Shown here piece by piece: positions 50,151 through 63,131 of a DNA stretch of 64,000 bases. Every line of letters begins with the position of its first letter. Position 1 is the stretch's first letter. The stretch lies in the NCBI RefSeq assembly GCF_006345805.1, contig NC_043006.1, forward strand, positions 44,826,001-44,890,000, given 5' to 3'. This DNA comes from Octopus sinensis (Eukaryota). The translations under genes and the position numbers were made by a program. Under the pieces are notes generated by a model, which worked only from the letters and a program-made list of their open reading frames with translations, searched no databases and was not told where the DNA came from.

Positions 50151-50849
50151 GTCGTACATACATACATACATGCATACATACATTGTGCAGTACATTGTAC
50201 AGTTGCTGTGAATGAAGTTAACTCTGCACAATATTCGACAGCAAAAGCCAGTGCTATAATGGTAGTTACAGTATATCTGCAGATATATAAGAAATGTGTA
50301 ACAAATACAGAAAAGATCAGCGTTGAAGTTGTTGATCTTTAATATAATTTATCATATAATACCCACACATGGTTGAATATTTCGCTTGCTGTTCGCGAGT
50401 AAACTTACAGTACGAAAGAGCGGAATTTTTTAGTGAGATAACTCGAGCAAGTTGTTTTTATGTATACTTAAACTCAATAATATAAATATATCGAGCAAAT
50501 AAAGTAAGTTTCTTTTGATTTTTCCGCCATGACTATAACATTTGCTGACATTTAGAGCTAATTTGCGTTTAAAGATTCAATATCAAAGAAATGCATTTAT
50601 TTGTAATTATTGGAAACATTAACTTCAATGAATTGGAATCAAAAGTTTAACGAGAGGAACAATAAATGAAAATAAAGGTTTCTTTGTACATTGATATTTT
50701 ATTCTTTCTTTTAGTTCATATTTCCAGTTTAATTTCTTTGAATCAACTTTAAAAAACTTGCATGTTTGTTTCTGGTTGATCACCAATAGAAAATATATTC
50801 TTTTTTGAATATCGGTGGAAACCGAATATAATGTACTAAATGAAGAAAA

Positions 50850-51433
50850 TTATACCTGCTGCGATATTTCAATTTTACAGACTTTTGAGAAAAGCTTCTT
50901 CTCTATGGTATGCAATGTATCATAGTTAGCTACTTCAAACATTCTTGAGCTGTCACCTGCAATGACTTTCAGTTCATTCAAGTCGATTTGCTTACCTACA
51001 CCAATAGTAAAAGCTATGATGTTACTTTGTGCTAGTTTCGTAGCTTCTCTCAAGGTATCCCGGGGCGTTGTTGACTGGCCGTCGGTAATAACAATCATGA
51101 TGTGTGGTACATCAGGTCTACCGCCATTAGACGGTAAGAAACCTTGTGTTCGAACAAATCTCAGTGCTTTCGCCGTATAAGTGTCACCATGAGATTGTTT
51201 AAGTCCTTTTAAAGCTGCAATCACAGCGGCTCGCGACGTTTTAGCATTTAGGTAAAAGTGGTTTATCACTTGGGTACTGAAAGATACCATGCCAATCTGC
51301 GTGTTGTTACGTCCGACAACTGTATCCTTGACAAAACTGATTATAAAGTCCATTTGCTTCTTGAAGTCTGCATCCCAAATGCTGGTAGATGCGTCTGCCA
51401 CAAATATTATGTCAGAAGGTACGACGCCACAAA
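50850..51433 (-). CDS. vWA gene exon 4 (vWA domain 3 with intact MIDAS), probably terminal
   Basis: tttcag|TT CGVVPSDIIFVADASTS...GDTYT...IVITDGQS...QQV TAA. AATAAA on the minus strand near 50700. Confidence 0.88.
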
Positions 51434-51736
51434 CTGAAATACATGAAATAGGAAATATTGTTTAATGGAACAAAAACGCTTTAACACAAATAAATGTATT
51501 TATATAAATCTTTTTATCGTTTTACTTGTTTCAGTCATTAAACTGTAGCCATACTGGGGCATGACCTTGATGCATTTTTAGTCGAATAAATCGACTTCAG
51601 TACCTATTTTTTTTAAAGCCGGTATTTATTCTATCGGTGATTTTACCGAGCCACTAAGTTAAGGGGACCTAAACGAACCAGCGCCGGTTGTCAAGCACAG
51701 ACGCAAAGACACGTACACACATACATACACACAAAC

Positions 51737-51807
<71 letters not shown>

Positions 51808-52238
51808 CGCAGTGGCTGTGTGGTAAGTAGCTTGCTTACGAACCACATGATTCCGGGTTCATTCCCATTGCGTGGCACCTTGGGCAAGTGTCTTCTACTA
51901 TACCCTCGGGCCGACCAAACCCTTGTGAGTAGATTTGGAAGACGGAAACTGAAAGAAGCCCGTCGTATGTATGTATATGTATATATATGTATGTGTGTAT
52001 ATGTTTGTGTGTCTGCGTTTGTGCCCCCAACATAACTTGACAACCGATGCTGGTGTGTTTACGTTCCCGTAACTTAGAAGTTCAGCAAAGAGACCGATAG
52101 AATAAGTACTAATCTTCCCAAAAATAAGTCCTGGGTTCGATTTCCTCGTCTAAAGGCGGTGCTTCAGCATGGCCGCAGTCAAATGACTGAAACAAGTAAA
52201 AGTATATATAAATATATATAGTCTTTTACTTGTTTCAG

Positions 52239-52300
<62 letters not shown>

Positions 52301-55300
52301 GATGGGGTTTATTCAGTTTCCGTTTACCAAATCCACTCACGAGGCTTTGGTCGGTTCGAGGCTATACTAGAAGACACTTGTCTAAGGTGCCACGCAATGC
52401 GACTGAATTCGGACCCATGTGGTTGAGAAGCAAGCTTCTTAACAGACAGTCACACCTTACCTTTATGGAATTGAAGCCAATCACACATTTTTATTGCACT
52501 ATTACCCTCATACCCGCCAATCACCGACCAATTTAAGTTCAAGACAATAAACTGAGAACAGCCCTGGCAGATGCGCTGTCTCTTTTTATCAGCAACACTA
52601 GAGAACATTAAGAACAACTAACCATCATATTCAGCAACATAAATGTAATATATATATATAGGGGAGAAAATTACTAGTGCTTACATGTAATCCGCCACAG
52701 CATTCAGAACATACACAGAAAAAACATACTAAAAATAGAAAAATAATTAACAAATATATTTGATCAATCACAAGTACCAGACTTGACCAGTAGGTAACAA
52801 AGAAAGTGTATAAACAATGCGTTAAATCAACAATGGAATGTACCAGTTGTACTTTGGTCCTCAATTTCTCTATTAGAAATTCCAGTAAACTTAAAAGGAA
52901 CACAAAAGAGTGAATACTACGCATCATAACAGGTAGTGCACATGATGCACAAAAAAAATCACCAAAAAATACTAAAAATGAAAAACCATTGGAGTATGCG
53001 AGGCATATATCATGTTGTGGCAGAAAACTTCACACTTTAGTCCCTATCAGTAGTTGAAAAAAAACACCGCCAAGCACCTAGATATATATGCAGCACTGCA
53101 TAACACTGCTACAATAATGTCCTAAACACATCCTCTCTCTCATTCAGTTCGGACAAGTATAAGGACCATATATACACAGGAAAAACCTGCAACATCAATA
53201 GCCAAGCTGGGCTGAAAAACAGTCTTGGGACGCATACCGCTAACAGATGTAGAGAAAAAACAACCATCGTACCATGGAAGCGTCTACTTTAGCTGACTTT
53301 GCTGTGATCATCACAAGGAATCAATAAGCGTGCTGGAATAGCCTGAAGAGTGGATAATGTGCAATATGACTAGAGTTTTACGGAACATGGTATAATAGAA
53401 TAGATGGGTTTGTGGGTTGTATCATCTTTTCATTTGGCTGCCTATCAGCATACCACAAGTTTCTTTAATCAGGTCTGTCCTAAGGGCACGCAACAACAAC
53501 CCAAAGTGGAATCATGAAACATCTCACTTTCCACTCGCTTGCAAAAAGAAAGCATCAAATAATTTCGTTCCTTATTACTAGATTTTTGTTCTATTTCGTA
53601 CTCCCATTCCTGAAATTTATTTATATTAGAAATATACCCGAATATTTGAACCATTTATTTAATATAAAATTTAGTGTAAAAATATTTATGTGCAAATTTT
53701 TGCTAAAATTCTGATGTTAAGCCCTTTTATGCTTCTTTATTAATCCGAAAAGCAAGGTGCGAAATCATATACATTTCGTAAAAACATGTCAAAATGTAAT
53801 CTAAAGAAATTTTGATTAAATATTTATCTAATACCTGATAGAATTAAACCAAGTTTACACATAATACAGCACTCTCAGATCGTAAAGCATAAGTAGGAGT
53901 CTACATTGAGAGAAAATAACTGCTGAATAAATTTTACAAATGAAATAAAGTTCTGTGAACGTTGTCAGAAGAAAGATTTCGAAGCACTAAAATACTGTCA
54001 ATCTTAGGTTTACTGTTATTTCTTTCATAATTTTTAGTTAGTGCTCATTCCATTGTTTTTTTTTATTTTATACACAACCGACTACAAGTATGTAAAGGTG
54101 GGTATAAGATTGAGGGACATTAATGAGCCCTCAACAGTATTAGTTGTACAACTGAATCGGATTCGAGAAAAGCTAGCTTGAAAAGTCTTGACAGTGGGAA
54201 CTTTTCATGACACTTATCTGTCTTGACTTTATCAAATTAATAAAGTACTCGAGAGGTGTAAGCGATAGCACATTGGATTACGTGTACAGTAACATTTAGT
54301 TAATTCCTTCTTTGGTTTACTTTTTATTTCCAATCTACAGAGAATATTTCGTCAACTATAACGTCCCTACAAATCTTTATCTTTGCGGAAATACTTGAAA
54401 GTATTACATTAAGCAAGAAAAATGTAATAGAGTCGCAGAAAAAATAGCTTGTGAAGCAAAATGTGTTGAAATACGCAAGTGCGATTAAATTCAATCCAAA
54501 TTGACTTAACCTTTGAAGCCCCCAAAATTGATAAATTAAATCCTGATGCCGACCACAGCCGTATCTTGAATTTAGAAACCATTACATGGAGTAAGAATGC
54601 ATAAATATAAACTTACCTCGTTTGCAGACTTTTTTTTTCAATGTATTTCTAATTGTAGACAGGGAATTGAAATCTTTCACTTTCAAAATGCTTTCTGGTT
54701 TCGATGCTATTGCTCTCAACTCATCATCATCGACTTTGTTTCCCACAGCTACCGTAAAAACTCTAAGTGGATCATTATGAAGAAGTTTAGCTTCGTTTAA
54801 TGTTTTGCTCTTTCCGTTCGAACCACTGGCAGTTACAAGAATAACAATTTTAGGTATTCCCACTCTTCCACCATGGTCAGTTATAAAAGACTCTGTTCGA
54901 ATATGTTTTAGAGCTAGCCAGGTGTTGGTTGATCCACCGCGGTGAGCAATGTTAGAAACAGCATTCTGAATGTCTTGTTTTTGTGAAAATTTGTTCAGTT
55001 CAAACTCAGTTTTGACATTATCTGAGAAGGTGACCACACCGATTTGAACCTTGTCCGAACTGATGTCCATATCCTTTACGAATGAACTGACGAAATCGAG
55101 CTCCTTCTTAAAGTCTGTTTGGGTCACACTTCTGGAACTATCGAGAACAAATACAATATCAGCAGGGGTGTAGCAGAATATTTCTGAAAAAGATTTCGTT
55201 TATATTAGATGAAAATAATAAGGTACATGAAAAACAAACAAACACAAAAAATCAATGTTAAGTAGTATTTTATATACAAACGCTACCGACGGTTAAGTCT

Positions 55301-58300
55301 ATAAGAAATTGGCGTGGCCCTGTAATGGTAAGGTGTTGTGCTTAATTAAATGAATAATTAACTTTCAATAATGCCATTGACTTTAGCTATCCAATATCTG
55401 TTATATGAAAGTACAAATTGAAATTTCAGTAAGTATTTGCAAAGCTATATTAATATCTTAGCGTTAGTAAGTTTGATTTATTGACTTTCCTACATTACAA
55501 TTACTTAATGATTTATAAACTGCCGTAAATTTCCCTGCTATTGCTCGTCTACAATGCATGATACGATACAAAAACAGACAATACGTAAAGAAATTTATAA
55601 AGAAATGTTCGAAGGGATTTTATTCAATAAACTGTTTCTTTATTACCAATCTTCTAGAGTCAATACTCCTGTATTTGATAACTGAGTACTGAATGAAATC
55701 CTCATAGGTCAGCTCAATAGAATAGAAAGTTCTTCGCAGGCCTGCAGAGTTCGTTTTCGATCTTGCACCGAATTTCAAGTCAAAATCTATACACAAACTA
55801 TGCGGCGCTACTTTCGATTATATCGCTATCATATCCACTACTATATTCTCCATCTTAATAAAATTTATCTCTGCAACCACCATCACCACCACCATCAATA
55901 TTTTCATCTTCAAGAAAGATATATGTAAGTAGAATCCTACCTCCTTTTCTACAGAAATTTTGCATTACTTTGTCTTCGATTGTAGCCAGGGAATTGAAGT
56001 CCGACACTTTAAAAGCATTTTCCGGTTTTGATGCTATTGCTCTCAACTCATCATCATCGACTTTGTTTCCCACAGCTACCGTAAAAACTCTAAGTGGATC
56101 ATTATGAAGAAGTTTAGCTTCGTTTAGCGTTTTGCTCTTTCCGTTGGAACCACCTGCAGTTACAAGAATAACAATTTTAGGTATTCCCACTCTTCCACCA
56201 TGGTCAGTTATAAAAGACTCTGTTCGAATATGTTTTAGAGCTAGCCAGGTGTTGGTTGATCCACCGCGGTGAGCAATGTTAGAAACAGCATTCTGAATGT
56301 CTTGTTTTTGTGAAAATTTGTTCAGTTCAAACTCAGTTTTGACATTATCTGAGAAGGTGACCACACCGATTTGAATCTTGTTCGAACTGATGTCCATATC
56401 CTTTACGAATGAACTGACGAAATCGAGCTCCTTCTTAAAGTCTGTTTGGGTCACACTTCTGGAACTATCGAGAACAAATACAATATCAGCAGGGTCTTGA
56501 CAGAGTATTTCTGAAAAAAAAAAAAAGATTGGCTATGTATTAAATGGTGATAATAAGATACATGAACATGAAAACAAAAATATCAATGTTAAGCAGTATT
56601 TTGTATACAAAAACTACAGCCGGTGAAGTCTATAACAAATTAGCGTAGCACTGAAATGGTATGTTGTAAGGTGTCACAAGACGCTGAGTTGTACTTTTGG
56701 TGAACGAGTTAACTTTTAATAGGACCGTCCATTTTAGCTCTCTAATATCTGCTATAAGAAGGTGAAATTCACCGTTGTAAACACAACTTATCAAAGTTTT
56801 AATATGTATTTGTTAGCCAAGTTGTATCAATATCCTCTGGAAACCTCTATTAAACTGGCTTTCTTGTCTTTCAGTTACTTAATCGTTGTGAACTGATATT
56901 CATTTTCCTAACATATCTTTCGTCCCTCATGGGTAATAGAATATAGAAACAGACAACGTGTGAGAAAATGTATGAAATTACACTCAATAAGATTTTGACT
57001 CACTTTCAGTTTTCTATACTGCAAACTCACTAAAAGCTGAATTAAATCCTTAGGTGCAGGTATGGCCGTGTGGCTAAGAAGAACGTTTTGCAACCACAAA
57101 GGTTCGAGTTCAGTCCCACTGCGCGGCCTCTTAAAGCCAGTGTTTTCTGTTATAGTTCCGAGCTGACCAAAGCCTTGAGTGAATCTAGCACACTGTGTGG
57201 AATCCAGTCGTACACACACACACACACACACACACAAAAGCAGGCTTCCCCTTCGGAGCTCAAAATTACCTGATCCCATAATAACTACTAATTCTCTATA
57301 AAGCTCACGTGACATCGCAATGGAGAATAGTTCCCACATCGAGAACCATACTGATACTTCTTACACTTTAACACTATCGTCTACATCTTAATTGTATCGT
57401 CTCACCCATAGACATATTGTCTTCTCTCGTTACTTTTTCTACTGTCACTATATTGGCTTCCACTCTCTCAGAGACAGTCTGATAGTCTGGGTGAAACTCC
57501 ACTCGGGCACTCAGAATTGTCTCTCTTCATTTTGCGATTAATATTGCGCCTACTCCTCAATAACCAAATACACATATATCTTTCTCTTGAAGAACTTTAG
57601 TCTACTGCATTCACTTTCTTGTATCAGTTATTCCTACTGCTGTCAACATCAGCTATTTAAGAGGGTCACTGATTGTATCAGTCTCACCGGGCTGGGATGG
57701 CCTGCGAAAGCCATAAACACAGCGTTTTTCATACGCAACCAGTATAGTCTTCCAGCAGCAGCAGCAGCGTGGAGGCGCAATGGCCCAGTGGTCAGTGCAG
57801 CGGACTCACGGTCGTAAGAACGCAGTTTCGATTCCCGGTCCGGGCATTGTGAGTGTTTATTGAACAAAAACATCTAAGCTCCGCGAGGCTCCGGCGGGGG
57901 GTGGCGTGGGTGTACTCTTTCAGCACAACTTTCTCTCACTCTTTCTTCCTACTTCTGCCACAAAGGAGAGGAGCCATGGTGTAACCCACTATGGTGTGGT
58001 AAACTTTCAGATCCTAGACTAGATTGCGAATCCTCTGTACCCCATGATAGTTCAGCTCTCCATAAATTAAAAGCCACCGTTTACGGAATGAGGATAACAA
58101 CGTAGCTTTCGCGCCCATGCAACCGCCAGTCTATCGCGAGTGGTGGGTGGGTCTTCAAGTTGCCACACGCATTCTTAGTAGCTTAGAGTAGGCTCGAATT
58201 AGAGATTATTCTTTGTGGCTAATGGCGTGAGTCCTGATTGGAAGAAGAAGAAGAAGAAGAGAAGAAGAAGAAGAAGAAGAAGAAGAAGAAGAAGAAGAAG

Positions 58301-58561
58301 AAGAAGAAGAAGAAGAAGAAGAAGAAGAAGAAGAAGAAGAAGAAGAAGAAGAAGAAGAAGAAGCGACAGCAACAGCACAACAACAATTCCTGAAAGGATC
58401 TAATAGTTAACAAATAATGTTTGTATTATACTCAAAACTTTCTACTTACCTTCATATGGACTAACAAATGATTTCAGGTTGCTCTCCGCACCAATGCGGT
58501 GCGCAATTACCACAGATGTTGCCAAAACGGCAAAGTAAACGGTAGCAAACCGCATTGTCAT
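50850..58561 (-). CDS. Secreted protein with three von Willebrand factor A domains (collagen VI/matrilin-like vWA modules), ~610 aa, 4 coding exons
   Basis: complement(join(50850..51433,54617..55183,55941..56510,58450..58561)). All introns are GT..AG and phase 1. Signal peptide followed by three D(I/V)(V/I)FVxDxSxS vWA domains. Confidence 0.85.
51806..52201 (+). mobile_element. Full-length tRNA-derived SINE of the major octopus-type family
   Basis: Same family as about 206-400(-), 7308-7770(+), 9817-9995(-), 25900-26230(-), 36630-37100(+), 44160-44606(-), 51520-51720(-), 52210-52455(-), 57055-57210(+), 60140-60610(-). Confidence 0.85.
54617..55183 (-). CDS. vWA gene exon 3 (vWA domain 2, tandem duplicate of exon 2)
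   Basis: tttcag|AA IFCYTPADIVFVLDSSRSV...VCKR G|gtaagt, 567 nt. Confidence 0.92.
55941..56510 (-). CDS. vWA gene exon 2 (vWA domain 1)
   Basis: tttcag|AA ILCQDPADIVFVLDSSRSV...GGSTNT...ILVTAGGS...FCRKG G|gtagga, 570 nt. Confidence 0.92.
58240..58363. repeat. (GAA)n microsatellite in intron 1 of the vWA gene
   Basis: Directly visible. Confidence 0.95.
58450..58561 (-). CDS. vWA gene exon 1 (signal peptide)
   Basis: Minus strand reads MTMRFATVYFAVLATSVVIAHRIGAESNLKSFVSPYE G|gtaagt: hydrophobic core, VIA cleavage-like site, phase 1 matching the next exon. Too short for the ORF track. Confidence 0.78.
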
Positions 58562-59089
58562 TGTGGCGGTTTTTAATTATGTGTACCAAATATGAACTTA
58601 TCCATCCCTTCGATTTAGCTTTAAAAGATTATTTCACTACAGATGCAAAAATTCCCACATTTCTCAGGGCTTAGTTCATATCTTTTTAACATGTTTATAT
58701 ACATGCATTCACGATTAAGTGCGCCCACAGACATATCTTTCCAAAAGACTCACAAACACACCCACCCTCATCCAAACTCACATATAGATAGTAAATACAT
58801 CTTAATTCTTTTTCATTGCTTACCTATCTCCCACTCTACTTCTCTCTCTCTCTCGCCCTGTCTCTCTTTGTTTTTCTCTCTTTATCTCCTTCTGCTTTAC
58901 TTTCTCTATCTCTCTCTGTTTCTCTGTCTCTCTATCTGTATGTCTGTCGGTCTCTGTCTCTCTTTCTCTCTCACTGCTTTTCCTTCTTTCGTTCTCTCTT
59001 CATTTACTTTCCATTTTGTCTATCTGCTTTTATTATTTAACTTCTCCTTACTCCTCTTTGTCTCTCTGTCTCTTTCTCATACATCTTTC

Positions 59090-59125
<36 letters not shown>

Positions 59126-60139
59126 ATACTAATACTAATACTACTACTACTAATACTACTACTACTTTCTCTCTCTCACTCTCTCTCTATTTATTTCCTC
59201 TTTTTCATTTTCTCACTCTGATATTTCTTTTATCCTTGTCCTCTTTAAAGCTTCTTTTCTCCCTCCACAGCGTTTTCCTTATCAAAAAATAACCTAATCA
59301 TTTGTTTCTCCCCACTCTTCATTATACATGATACCCACTTATAGAAATTATTATCAATCATTATTATCTATAATATATAATTGATATATTGTCAATGTTT
59401 CTGACCATATATCAGAAACATTGCTTGGAAAACGCTAAATCATCGCTTTTCAGTTTATGATCATAAAGTAATAAACAAAATTACTATGTCAACATTGATT
59501 TAAAACCGAATTTAGATATTTCGAGTGATAATTGTCGGACAATTGAATTACAAGGAAACAAGCAAACAGTAAAAAAGAAGAAAAGAAGGACATTAAGCAG
59601 CAGAAGATGGAGGAGGGAGCAATGGGCTACAACCCTCCAGAATAAATGGCGTATTCAACCGCGCCCCGCGGTCCTGACCGTGATGGCGTTGTCGCGGAGA
59701 GAGGCCAGAAGTACTGGCTGCAACAGCCACTCCACCTCGTGGGGCTCATTTCTCAGACGGGTCATCGTTATGCCGATTTTGTGAAGGCTCCGAAAAAATC
59801 TGAGATCTCAACGGTGACCGTTGCAAACTGATAGCGGCGGGCAGACCGCTGTATTTATTTATTTTTCTCTCCTCAAACAGAAGTAATATAACAGGCTATC
59901 TACAATGCAACAATCTATAAATGTACCGGTATAAAAATTACATTCTCGTTTGAACTTAGAACTTAGATGGACAATGGCTAAATACTGTGAAATCCATCAT
60001 GCCATTCATTCTAATGATTTCCCCCGTCTATTGAGGGTATAGTGGGTACCCTCGTAGTGAAGGCTCATGGCCTAGGTCTTCGATTGTTGCACTCAAGATT
60101 GTCGTGTCGATTGCCGTACCCGGTGGTCTTATCTTTTGT

Positions 60140-60410
60140 TTCTCTTGTGTCAGTCATTTGACTGCGGCCATTCTGGGGCACAGTCTTGGTGAATTTTAGT
60201 CGAACGAATCAACCCCAGGACTTATTTTCGTTTCCTTTTTAAACCTGGTATTTATTCCATCAAATTCTTTTGCCGAACCGCTAATTTAAGGGATGTAAAC
60301 ACACTAGTACTGTTGCCAAGCGGTAGTAGAGGACAAACACCGACAGGCAAACAGACAAACACAACAAACACAGGCGTATTTCTCTCTCTCCCTCTCCCTC
60401 CCTCTCACCC

Positions 60411-60447
<37 letters not shown>

Positions 60448-60610
60448 CACACGACGGGTGTCTTTCAGCTTCTGTCTACCAAATCAACAGACAAGGCTTT
60501 GGTCGACCCGAGGTTATAGTATAAGACACTTGTCCAAGATGGTACGAAGTAGGACTGAACCCGAAACCATGTGGTTGGGAAGCAAACTTCTTACCACACA
60601 GCCACGCCTG
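60140..60610 (-). mobile_element. tRNA-derived SINE (major family)
   Basis: Matches 49458-49927. Confidence 0.75.
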
Positions 60611-62039
60611 CGTCTGTTGTGTTCTCGATCAAAGCACTTCATTTCATGTAGCTCTAATCCAGTCAACTGCAAATGAGCAACCCTGTGACAAAACTGGAAT
60701 GTTCTATACTCGGTCGCTCATACGCTATGGAGACCGGGTAACCGGGCCTGTGGCTCCTAGGACTCGAGATAGTACTCACTTTACTATTGCTGTCGATATA
60801 AGCCACAAAAGGCAAAATAACTCAGATAGTTTAGAATATTTGGAAAAGCGAAATTCCGACTATTATGGCGGTCATTCAGTTGAAATATTTCTTTCAGAGT
60901 GCAGTGTGTTTACAGTCGAACCCTGTTGATTGTTAAGTAAGGGGAACTGTAAACCACTTAGATGAATTTTATTAATACAAAATAATATAGGAGAATAAGG
61001 TGCATATGGTTTCACAAAAAATAATACAATAAGGTGGCGAGCTGGCAGAATCATCTTTAGCACGCCGGTCAAAATGCTTATCTGCATTTCGTCCATCTTC
61101 ACGTTCTGAGTTCTAATTCCACCGAGGTCAGCTTTGAATTTTATCCTTTGAGAGTCGATAAAATAAGTACAAGTCAAGTACTGGATTCTATGAAATTGAC
61201 ATAACCTCTTCCTTGGAATTGGTGGCATTGTGCCAAAATTTTTGAAACGAATATAATATTACAAGAGTGCTTTATAAATAAAATTGATCAGACGTAGTTG
61301 ACAAAATCGATAAAATGGCGCATAAAATGTGTTAGAGAATTTACTGATGATTCATTTCGAGATCAATTAAGTAAATACCAGTCAAGTACTTGGATCACTT
61401 AATTTGATTACGCTATATCCTCAACCAAAATGTGTCGTATTGAACCATTTTAAGAAATCATTATTAACAGTAATGATTAACAATAGGTTTATTGCGCGCT
61501 TATAAAGTGATCTGATGTCGTTTGTTGGGACTAAATTGCATTGAAATAGAATTATTGTAGACTTTAAACAACAGACATAAATTATTATATTCACTTGCAT
61601 TTTAATTTTATTTTGCAATATTTATCGTTAGGTTATTTGTGATATATTTATAATCTCGACTTCACTGTATCACAAGGGTCTGTTATTGGTTAGTTCTTAC
61701 AATTTGTCAGTTTCACCTTCTTTCATCTCTCTTAAAATGCACATACATATTTGTTGGAAAACAAAAGTGAAACCAAAAGTTAAAACAAAAGTAAAATTTT
61801 CGCAATAAAAATACACATTTAGATCCTGAGAAATAGATTCACAAACACATCCATATTTAACTATATCTGATATTTAAATGGTGATAATAATTATAGATTC
61901 AATTGGTCCATTATAAAACACTCAAGCCACTACATTATCGATTCTAGAAGATGTAATCTTTGTCTCTCGGAGAAATATAACATCCTGTTAAACACTTGTA
62001 AGTTTAAGCAAAAACAAACAAACAAAGAAACAGAATAGG

Positions 62040-62780
62040 CGAATTCTTTTAGACATTACCATCAATATTTGTCGAAGGACTTCAAAATATTACCTAGTTA
62101 AAATATTTTATATTTCATGGAACCAGCGGGGAACTGGTGTCCATTATATCCTCATGCGTACTCATCTAATATGTGTTTGATAATCTTTTTTAGACGAATG
62201 CGCAAGAGCAGAGCTGCTGTCGGCACAACTTTTGATAAAATAATGTGCAACATTTGTCACAAAAAATTTTGAAACAAAATCAGGACTAGATAGTCATCGC
62301 AGTTGAAATGCAAGAAAACGCGTTACAGTTACATATATGCAATGTTCCACTCAGGTAAAAAATTAACTCCTTGTCTATCCGAATATAAATATACGTTCAT
62401 TGAAAACTCACGATAATCACCCAAACAATGACAAGACATCGGATAACTATCTCCTAAATATAACTAAAAGCAAAACGACAAGGACTAGGAAACGTAATGC
62501 AAACTGGTACAATCCTCCATCCTTTCTGCTTGTTAAAACATTCCAATAAAATTCTTTGACGTCCTGAAGGAAACGTTTTCATCCCCAATACAAATATCAC
62601 AAATTATTTAATACTTTCAATTAAAATTTCATATTCTACAACAGCAAAAATTTGCTGGCAATTATGTAATTTGCCATTTGGCAAATTACATAATTGCCGC
62701 TAACCACCATAAACTAAGACCACAAAGCTTAAAAGAAAAGAATAATTCAACCCAATTGTTAAAAATAAATCGAAGAACTT
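62040..62780 (+). mobile_element. Decayed Penelope-like element RT C-terminal remnant
   Basis: RKRNANWYNPP...IKISYST resembles the PLE motif RKRxIIWFNPP...VKISYS. Confidence 0.5.
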
Positions 62781-62906
62781 AGTAATCAATACTGTGCATG
62801 GAAACATATTTCTGCAAGAGGCATAATCCTTTCTACATAACTACACCGAGCATAAGAATAATACTAGCAAATATCATGTCACTAAGTCAACAATACACCG
62901 TTGAGG

Positions 62907-63073
62907 TTTCTTCTTCTTCTTCTTCTTCTTCTTCTTCTTCTTCTTCTTCTTCTTCTTCTTCTTCTTCTTCTTCTTCTTCTTCTTCTTCTTCTTCTTCTTC
63001 TTCTTCTTCTTCTTCTTCTTCTTCTTCTTCTTCTTCTTCTTCGTCTTTTTCTCCTCCTTCTCCTTCTCCACCA

Positions 63074-63131
<58 letters not shown>
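62907..63131. repeat. (TTC)n plus (CTA)n compound microsatellite
   Basis: Directly visible. Confidence 0.95.

Noticed and set aside
52500-53400. Possible additional vWA-gene exon, or other coding remnants (also 16370-16660, 22170-23100, 28700-29300, 57230-57700, 59580-59850)
   Set aside because: No clean splice-bounded ORF. They look like old TE debris that I cannot classify reliably by eye.
50850-56510. Calling the vWA gene COL6A or matrilin
   Set aside because: No Gly-X-Y, EGF or coiled-coil exons were found; only generic vWA similarity.
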